Shown piece after piece: positions 1 to 6,428 of a stretch of 46,397 nt of DNA; position 1 is the first letter of the stretch, and each line of letters starts with the position of its first letter. Origin of the DNA: an uncultured Desulfofustis sp. (GTDB lineage: Bacteria > Desulfobacterota > Desulfobulbia > Desulfobulbales > Desulfocapsaceae). The stretch spans positions 1-46,397 of the forward strand of contig CAZUJZ010000001.1 of assembly GCA_964620665.1 (NCBI GenBank), in the 5' to 3' direction. Under the pieces are notes generated by a model. The model was not told the DNA's origin and ran no database searches. It worked only from the letters and a program-made list of their open reading frames with translations. A program made the translations under genes and the position numbers.

Positions 1-39
1 ACAACGGGACCCCGGTGGACAAGAGCGAACGACCGAGTT

Positions 40-810
40 TCAGCGGACATCAATACCAAGCCATTTCATCGAGATCTCATGGTAGGTTCCGTCGTCTTTC
101 ATGGCCTGCAGGGCATCGTTGATGGCCTGCTTGAGTTCGGGATTATTCTGGCGCAGCGCTATGCCCATTTTTTCTTCATAGAGCAAATCGCCGACCATCT
201 GGATCGGCGCACCTTTGTCCTTGATGGCCAGAGCGCCGACGATCCGGTCGGTGACAAACCCGTCGAGACGACCGTTGGCCACCTCCAGGATGATATCCGG
301 GTCTCCTTTATAGGTACGGATATCGACGTCTTTGATATTGTCCCTGATCCAGGTTTCAAAGGTGGTGCCCAGCGTTACCCCGATCTTTTTCCCTGACAGA
401 TCGTCCACCGAGGCGATCGGCGAGCCCTGCTTGACAAACATCTGCGCGCCGGATCGATAGTAAGGGTCTGAAAAATCGATCGATTTGAGCCGCTCTTCGG
501 TAATGGCCATGCTGCCGCAGATCAGATCGTGCTTTTTCGCCAGCAGGCCGGCAATGATGCCGTCCCAGGCGGTGCTGATCGGGACACCGGTCACCCCGAT
601 TCGACGGGCGATCTCTGTGCCGATTTCAACATCGAAACCGGTCAGTTCATTCTTGTCGTTGACGAAATTGAAGGGGGGATACTGACCGCTCATGGCCATG
701 GTCAATTTTCCACTTGCCTTGACCCGTTCGAGATCGTCGGCACAGGCCGGTTGCAGAAACAGGAAAGCGGCCACCAAAAAGGTCATTACAACGGTCATTG
801 TTCGCTTCAT
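40..810 (-). CDS. Polar amino-acid ABC transporter substrate-binding protein (SBP_bac_3)
   Basis: Start moved to ATG 810 (MKRTMTVV..., signal-peptide-like, GAGGAG RBS upstream). Family motifs YPPFNF, GFDVEIG, WDGIIAGL, ITEER, DFSDPYY. Confidence 0.9.
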   Translation of the reverse strand: MKRTMTVVMTFLVAAFLFLQPACADDLERVKASGKLTMAMSGQYPPFNFVNDKNELTGFDVEIGTEIARRIGVTGVPISTAWDGIIAGLLAKKHDLICGSMAITEERLKSIDFSDPYYRSGAQMFVKQGSPIASVDDLSGKKIGVTLGTTFETWIRDNIKDVDIRTYKGDPDIILEVANGRLDGFVTDRIVGALAIKDKGAPIQMVGDLLYEEKMGIALRQNNPELKQAINDALQAMKDDGTYHEISMKWLGIDVR

Positions 811-901
811 GAGACTCTCCTCTTGTGTATCATTGCACTGTTCACATTGGGCCCGCCAGGCGGATCCAATGCCTTGTGGGACAACCCGGGCCGGGGTAGG
901 C

Positions 902-2245
902 TCAGGCGTCAGCCAGCTCTGTCGCTGCCTCATCCAGACTGCGATCCAGTCTGTCGAGCAGCTCGTCCAGTTCCGCTTCCCTGATGATCAGCGGCGGGGC
1001 AACCAGAACGTGATCGCCGGAAAGCCCATTGATCGATCGCCGCGGATAGACGATCAGCCCGTTGGCAAAGGCCCGGGCCGTCACCAGATTGCCCACCTGC
1101 AGATGATCGGCAAATGGGGCCCGCGACTGCCGGTCACTGACAAACTCCAGAGCCGTCAACAACCCTTTGCCGCGGACCTCGCCGATGATCGGATATTTCT
1201 CTGCGAGACGCCGCAGGCCGGCCATGAGGCGCTCGCCCAGTATCGACGCCCGGTCGGCCAAGTGGTCGTCAACGATCCGCTTGAGCACCGCCCGGCCGAC
1301 CGCGCAAGCCATCGGGTTGCCGGCATACGTATGGCCGTGCGGAAAGCCGCCGACCGCCAGAACGCTGTCGACGATATCGCCGCGGCACATCACCGCTCCA
1401 AGCGGGAAATAGCCCGAAGCCATGCCCTTGGACAAGGCCACGATATCGGCTTCAAGATCCCAATGCTGGTAGGCAAAGAGCTTTCCCGTTCGGCCGAATC
1501 CGGTCATAACCTCGTCGAGTATCAACATGATCGAGTACTTATCGCATATTTCCCGGATGACGGCGAAATAGTCATCGGGCGGCGGCAGTGCGCCGGTACT
1601 CGCCCCGCCGATCGGCTCGGCCACAAAACCGGCCACATTTTCCGGACCGAGTTGCCTGATCATCGTTTCTAAAGCATGGGCGCAGGCCAGCGAACAAGCC
1701 GGATATGACTGTCCGTAATGGCAGCGATAACAATACGGCGCCGGAATTTTTGGAGATGACTTGATCATCGGCCGATAGTGGATTTCCAGCGGAGCATAGC
1801 TGGTGAGCGCCAACGCCCCGAGCGTCGATCCGTGATAGGAGGGAAAGCGGCTGATAAACAGATATCTGCCGTTGTCACCGCGACTCAGATGGTAGGTCCG
1901 GCACAGTTTGATGGCCGATTCGACGGCCTCGGACCCGCCGGAAACATAAAAAACCCGGCTCAGGTGCGGTGCCGCATGGTGTACCAGTTGTTCCGCCAGT
2001 TCAACCGCCGGATCATTTTCAAATTGGGTGCGATAGGTGAAGAACGTCGACTGGGCCTGCTTCGTGATCGCAGCGAGAATCGTCGGGTCGCCATGACCGA
2101 TATTGCAAATGATCGCCCCGGAACTGCCGTCTATGTAGCGTTTACCGCCCTCGTCCCAGATATAGATGCCCTCCGCTCGCGACACGAGCGGAATCTGCGA
2201 CGACGTTTGGTAGAAAAGAGGATTTTGTCTCGTTGAAGCGTTCAT
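902..2245 (-). CDS. Class-III PLP-dependent aminotransferase (omega-amine/BioA-like)
   Basis: GGSEAVESA, SYHGST, AEPIGG, ILDEVMTGFGRTG, PLP lysine in LSKG, HGHTY. Confidence 0.9.
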   Translation of the reverse strand: MNASTRQNPLFYQTSSQIPLVSRAEGIYIWDEGGKRYIDGSSGAIICNIGHGDPTILAAITKQAQSTFFTYRTQFENDPAVELAEQLVHHAAPHLSRVFYVSGGSEAVESAIKLCRTYHLSRGDNGRYLFISRFPSYHGSTLGALALTSYAPLEIHYRPMIKSSPKIPAPYCYRCHYGQSYPACSLACAHALETMIRQLGPENVAGFVAEPIGGASTGALPPPDDYFAVIREICDKYSIMLILDEVMTGFGRTGKLFAYQHWDLEADIVALSKGMASGYFPLGAVMCRGDIVDSVLAVGGFPHGHTYAGNPMACAVGRAVLKRIVDDHLADRASILGERLMAGLRRLAEKYPIIGEVRGKGLLTALEFVSDRQSRAPFADHLQVGNLVTARAFANGLIVYPRRSINGLSGDHVLVAPPLIIREAELDELLDRLDRSLDEAATELADA

Positions 2246-2310
2246 CGTGGATTACCTCGCACCAGCAATGGAGGAGCGATCGCTGAGAGATCGACCGCCG
2301 CAGACCGATA

Positions 2311-3102
2311 TCAGCCACGTTGCCGATCATCGAGTGGAATGGCTGCCGACAGACGGGCTGCCAGATCGATGACGACAGGCGCATACTGTTCGACGACCTC
2401 ATCGGGACGGCGCTGCAAAACCGAAAAATCAAATGATACCCCGCCGACGCCGCGACCGGTGAACGGATGAATAAGCGGTGCGGCAATGGCGATCAGACCG
2501 GGCAGATATTCCTCGACGTTCAGCGCATACCCGTTGCGCTTGGCCTCGAGCAATTCTTCGAGCAGGGAGTCCCGGTCGGTAATCGTGCGCTTCGTCCGGG
2601 GCAGCAGGTCGAGTGTCGCCACCCTGGAACGCAATTCTGAATCCGGCAATGAGGCGAGATACGCTTTCCCGAGGGCGGTCGTATGCAGGCAATTTCTCGT
2701 GAAATCGGGCAAGGTGTAGGTCAATGTGTCGGCCGCTTCCCGATGGTAGATGCGCATCATATCGTCATCCACGGACAGTGCGACATCGATGGTGATATTG
2801 AAACGGGCGTGGATGTCGTCGACCATGGTCTTGATCAGGCGCCGATGATCGGAGGCCCGCATCAGATTGTTGCAGAAGGCAAGGCAAAAGATCGACGGCC
2901 GGATCAGTTTGGTCGACTCTTCTTTCTCCAGATAGCCCATCTTCACCAGGGTATTGATGTAACGGTAGGTCGAGGTCATGTTCAGACCGAGTTTTTTGGC
3001 AATCTCAGTCTGATTGAGCGCGGGCGTCTCCCGGTTGAACAGGGCGAGGATTTTCAACCCCTTCTCGAGAGACTTGGAAAAATATGATTCGCTGGTTGGC
3101 AT
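2311..3102 (-). CDS. IclR-family transcriptional regulator
   Basis: N-terminal HTH (SLEKGLKIL...STYRYINTL); C-terminal TALGKAYLA, GYALNVEE, AIAAP. Confidence 0.9.
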   Translation of the reverse strand: MPTSESYFSKSLEKGLKILALFNRETPALNQTEIAKKLGLNMTSTYRYINTLVKMGYLEKEESTKLIRPSIFCLAFCNNLMRASDHRRLIKTMVDDIHARFNITIDVALSVDDDMMRIYHREAADTLTYTLPDFTRNCLHTTALGKAYLASLPDSELRSRVATLDLLPRTKRTITDRDSLLEELLEAKRNGYALNVEEYLPGLIAIAAPLIHPFTGRGVGGVSFDFSVLQRRPDEVVEQYAPVVIDLAARLSAAIPLDDRQRG

Positions 3103-3108
3103 CCGTAT

Positions 3109-3170
3109 TTACTATAATAGTAATTGTTTTTCTATTATAGTTAATTACTGCGCGCCTCACTACTTGTCAA
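3109..3170 (-). promoter_or_regulatory. Promoter/operator region of the IclR unit
   Basis: Perfect palindrome TTACTAT-A-ATAGTAA (3109-3123) and an imperfect copy TTTCTAT-T-ATAGTTA (3129-3143). On the minus strand, TATAAT at 3134-3139 and TTGACA at 3165-3170; these two hexamers are not at canonical spacing to each other. Confidence 0.55.
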
Positions 3171-3266
3171 TAAAAAATCCGGCAACTGGTCTTTTTTTTG
3201 CCCCAGAACTATTTATCTATCTATTTCAGTTGATATTTAAGTTGACACCGAGACGAACGATCGCCA

Positions 3267-3307
3267 ACAAAAAAGCCATTGCCCGTCCGACGACAGGCAA
3301 TGGCTTT
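3267..3307 (-). terminator. Intrinsic terminator after the DUF5320-like gene
   Basis: Stem AAAGCCATTGCC...GGCAATGGCTTT (3272-3307), followed by a T-run on the minus strand. Confidence 0.65.
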
Positions 3308-3332
3308 GTAATGCGAGACCGGTGAGCCGGTG

Positions 3333-3623
3333 CTACTCAGTCTTGTGTTTCAGATCCTCTATCTGATGATTGATCGTTTGCAGATGTTGTTCGAGCCGCT
3401 GCGCTTCTGCGCTCAGATACTCGAGTTCGTCTTCCGGTGTTGCCGACCGCGCCCCGGGAGCGGCGGCAAACGCATTTCGCCCGAAACCACGGCCAAATCC
3501 GCGCCCGCGACCAAATCCGCGGCCAGAATACATGCCGGCCCGGTCTCCGCCGGCACACCTGCCGAAACCTCCGCCGGTCATCGGCCCACCACCCATTGGT
3601 CCTGTTCTGTCAAATCCTGGCAT
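3333..3623 (-). CDS. DUF5320-like Gly/Arg-rich small protein
   Basis: MPGFDRTGPMGGGPMTGGGFGRC start, GRGFG repeats and a C-terminal coiled coil; GGAGG RBS. Confidence 0.75.
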   Translation of the reverse strand: MPGFDRTGPMGGGPMTGGGFGRCAGGDRAGMYSGRGFGRGRGFGRGFGRNAFAAAPGARSATPEDELEYLSAEAQRLEQHLQTINHQIEDLKHKTE

Positions 3624-3668
3624 GATACACCTCCATTTTTGCCCATGATTCCTTTTCGGCAGCCGGTG

Positions 3669-3881
3669 TCAACCGGCCTGCCCTCGTCGCCCGCCGCGAC
3701 CGCCACCGCCGCGGCCCTTGCCGCCGCCGGTGCCGTCTCGCCGCCCCTGACCACCGCCACGGCCGAGTCCACGGCCGGGACGCTGCATTCCGGGATTGTC
3801 CGGGCGATTATTCGTCTGTCTATCCACCTGATCTCTCTTCTCCGGGCTCGTCGGCCCGGTACCATCTTTTTGTGGCATCAT
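3669..3881 (-). CDS. Small Gly/Arg-rich protein (MPxxDGTGP start, DUF5320-related)
   Basis: AGGAGG RBS; MPQKDGTGP N-terminus parallels the neighbour; GRGGG-rich tail. Confidence 0.6.
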   Translation of the reverse strand: MMPQKDGTGPTSPEKRDQVDRQTNNRPDNPGMQRPGRGLGRGGGQGRRDGTGGGKGRGGGGRGGRRGQAG

Positions 3882-3997
3882 GTCTCCTCCTGTTGTGGTG
3901 TCCGCCGTCCCCTGCCGATAGATCCCGCCTGGAATCGCATCGGCACGGACCGGCGAACCGGTGATTTTTTAAAAAAACCGGAGCCGTTCTCAACAAC

Positions 3998-4330
3998 CTA
4001 CTTCCAGCCCCGGTGCCGACGACGCTGCCTCCCGTACCCGGGAGTTCCCAGGCAATAGGCACCGCCATCGATACGCAGCCTCTGCTTCGTGACCAGTGCC
4101 GTGGCGACAGCCTGCCGTGCCTGGGCCAGGACCCGGCCATAGGTCTGGCGGGATACCCCCATGCGTTGTGCAGCTGTCTCCTGGTCGAGTTTTTCACAAT
4201 CCGTCAGCCTGATTGCCTCCAGTCCTTCCATGGACAAATCGATTACTCCGGTCGGTTCGACGTCCTCCGGGACATAGCTGCTCATCTCGGCACTGCCGGA
4301 GATAAATCTGAGTTTCTTGGGTCGCGGCAT
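3998..4330 (-). CDS. DUF134-family predicted DNA-binding protein
   Basis: MPRPKKLR start; LEAIRLTD-x-EKLDQETAAQRMGVSRQTYGRVL; GGAGGAG RBS. Confidence 0.85.
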   Translation of the reverse strand: MPRPKKLRFISGSAEMSSYVPEDVEPTGVIDLSMEGLEAIRLTDCEKLDQETAAQRMGVSRQTYGRVLAQARQAVATALVTKQRLRIDGGAYCLGTPGYGRQRRRHRGWK

Positions 4331-4340
4331 CGCTCCTCCG

Positions 4341-4413
4341 TAATGATCATTTGCTCATAACATAACAATCGGGGACGTCGTTCGCAAGGGCTATTATGGG
4401 CGCACGACCAAAA
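4341..4413. promoter_or_regulatory. Two imperfect 20-bp palindromes upstream of DUF134 (candidate operators)
   Basis: TAATGATCATTTGCTCATAA (4341-4360) and TTATGGGCGCACGACCAAAA (4394-4413); both approximate TTATGAGCA-nn-TGCTCATAA. Confidence 0.45.
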
Positions 4414-4476
4414 TAATCGCCGGCCGAATCGGTGGGACGTGCCGGACGACTCCGGTACGTTTCTCAATACTTTTTA

Positions 4477-4506
4477 TTGACAAACGGCCGACCGGTCGCT
4501 CATTAT
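4477..4506 (+). promoter_or_regulatory. Sigma70-type promoter for the riboswitch transcript
   Basis: TTGACA (4477-4482), 18-nt spacer, CATTAT (4501-4506), directly upstream of the riboswitch P1 stem. Confidence 0.55.
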
Positions 4507-4511
4507 CAGAC

Positions 4512-4664
4512 ATCAGGGTGTCCTTGAGACCGAAGAGGGAATCCCGTGTAAATCGGGAACGGGCCCGCCGCTGTAACCGGGGACGCGCACCGCACATGCC
4601 ACTGATCATTATCGGGAAGGCGCGGTGCTGTGGACGATCCGGAAGTCAGAAGACCTGCCTTGAT
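4512..4664 (+). ncRNA. Cobalamin (B12) riboswitch
   Basis: Conserved blocks GGTG...AAGAGGGAATCCCGTGTAAATCGGGAACGGGCCCGCCGCTGTAAC...GCCACTG...GGGAAGG... and B12 box AGTCAGAAGACCTGCC; P1 stem ATCAGGG/CCTTGAT. Confidence 0.92.
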
Positions 4665-4726
4665 CATGATCGGACCAATCCCCGTGGAATAGGGATTACC
4701 GGAAGTAACATCTGTGGGACAGGGCC

Positions 4727-4758
4727 CCCGGATCGGAAACCGATCCCGGGTTTTTTTT
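4727..4758 (+). terminator. Riboswitch expression-platform terminator (attenuator)
   Basis: CCCGGATCGG-AAA-CCGATCCCGGG followed by T8. Confidence 0.8.
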
Positions 4759-4805
4759 GTCCGGGATCTCGTCAGCAACTCTCTGCCTTTCCACAGGAGG
4801 AAGCC

Positions 4806-5000
4806 ATGCACCGTCACGAGATCGCCTTTGCCAAACAAGCCGCCCTGTCTACCAGTGACTGGGATACCTACCAGACCATTATCCGGACCTGCCTGACCGA
4901 TCGGCCTCAGACACGACCGGCCGGGGCATTACCGGCCACCTCGTCACCGTCAACGCAAACGGCGCCGGACGCCGACCTGCCGGTTAAGGCACGTACGTAA
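4806..5000 (+). CDS. Putative 64-aa B12-regulated small protein of unknown function
   Basis: AGGAGG RBS 5 nt before ATG 4806, directly after the attenuator; sequence MHRHEIAFAKQAALSTSDWDTYQTIIRTCL... Confidence 0.55.
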   Translation: MHRHEIAFAKQAALSTSDWDTYQTIIRTCLTDRPQTRPAGALPATSSPSTQTAPDADLPVKART

Positions 5001-5207
5001 CGAACCACCGGGCCCGGAGCAGGCAGGACACGAAAGCGACCGGATCGTCATCGAGCCTATCGATGACGATCCGGTGCTCTGTCCCAGACCGTTAACGGCG
5101 TGCAACTCGATAGCCAATTGTTTTTCTGACGAAAATGCTCTAAACTGGAGGAAGTCGCCGGATTCATCGCGACCGATGGACCTGCAGCCAACCGCCCGGA
5201 CTGTGCA

Positions 5208-6278
5208 ATGATCACAAAAAAAGACATTATCGACAACGAGTTAATCAAAGAGATCATCGCTATTCGCTTTGATACCTTGTGGCGCATGCTGGAGCGCGAC
5301 CGGATGGGATTTTTGCCCGGTGTCGACGACGAGGGTGCCACCGGGCGCTTCGACAACAAGGGTGCCATCTTCGTTCCCGGCGGCTTGATTTACCAGGACG
5401 TCGATGAGCGATATATCCGCTACGAGCCGCATGGCTCCATCACCGGCAGTGAATTTCGCCTCAAGATCAGGGAGGCGATGCGCAACGACAATGCAACCCT
5501 GCTCTACCCGGACGGGATCGCCACCAGCGTCAATCTGGACAGCGGCTTCTTCTCCAAGGCCGCCCGACGAATCTTTACCTACAAGAAGGCCGCGCATCGC
5601 CGTTCAAAGAAAGTGGGCAAAGGTCCGGTTATCGAAATCAGCTCCGACGATATCATCAAAAGTCACTGCCCGACCTACATGAAGCCACCGTACGGCGCCC
5701 GCACCCGGATCAGCTCCTGCATTTCGGTCGGCCTGATCGAACCGCCGATGTTTTTCGCCTACTACAAAACCGAACTCAACTTTTCGACCAAACAGACCGA
5801 ACGTTTCACCGTCGATCTCGACCGAACTCGAGATAAAGTGATGGGGGCCGACGGCAACGTCCTCTACCCTCCCTATGTGGTCGTTTGTCACGACACCCGT
5901 TACAAGGAAAACAACTACACCGGCCTGACCCGAATTCTCGGGATCGGCCGGTTCGGCGAATTCGCCACCTTTACCTTCGAAGCACTCACGAAGCAGCTCC
6001 TTGGCGAGATGAAACGACGACATATCGCTTTCTCTCCCGACGATATCTTCGCCGAGGTCCGGGGCGTACCGATCATCGGTATCATGCGGATTTACAAGCA
6101 AACCAATCCGGGCAGACGGCTGGTCAAATATCACCCGTGTATCGTCTCGCCGAAAGACGACCTCGGCATCGACGTCCAGCGTGTCGGAACACTGGCACGC
6201 AAACATTACCAAGAGAAGAAAACCGGCAAAAAGGCGAAAGGCGAGGAAACGCCGTCGGCTGCCGGACCAAAGATCTAG
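5208..6278 (+). CDS. Hypothetical protein, possible divergent DAC (DisA_N)-fold protein
   Basis: 356-aa ORF with normal protein composition. Ordered motifs GAIFVPG / D94-N-A-TLL / G163-ARTR / VVVCHD resemble the DAC core. The gene is likely real; the fold assignment is inference. Confidence 0.7.
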   Translation: MITKKDIIDNELIKEIIAIRFDTLWRMLERDRMGFLPGVDDEGATGRFDNKGAIFVPGGLIYQDVDERYIRYEPHGSITGSEFRLKIREAMRNDNATLLYPDGIATSVNLDSGFFSKAARRIFTYKKAAHRRSKKVGKGPVIEISSDDIIKSHCPTYMKPPYGARTRISSCISVGLIEPPMFFAYYKTELNFSTKQTERFTVDLDRTRDKVMGADGNVLYPPYVVVCHDTRYKENNYTGLTRILGIGRFGEFATFTFEALTKQLLGEMKRRHIAFSPDDIFAEVRGVPIIGIMRIYKQTNPGRRLVKYHPCIVSPKDDLGIDVQRVGTLARKHYQEKKTGKKAKGEETPSAAGPKI

Positions 6279-6358
6279 GTGATCTCCCGGGTCTTTCCCC
6301 TCGCACTGCAGGACCGGCGGTTTTTTTTTGGAAAAAGCCCTGTCGCTTGAGAAACCTC

Positions 6359-6400
6359 GGCCTGTCAGCCGGGCAGCGGATGCTCACCGGCTGACAGGCC
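6359..6400. terminator. 14-bp perfect inverted repeat between convergent genes
   Basis: GGCCTGTCAGCCGG...CCGGCTGACAGGCC; a weaker hairpin with a T9 run lies just upstream (about 6285-6329). Confidence 0.55.
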
Positions 6401-6428
6401 AGACCATGGACGCCGTTTGCCGGTCCGT

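Noticed and set aside
4518..4805. N-terminal part of the 160-aa ORF 4518..5000
   Set aside because: It runs through the riboswitch aptamer and terminator; the credible start is ATG 4806 with its RBS.
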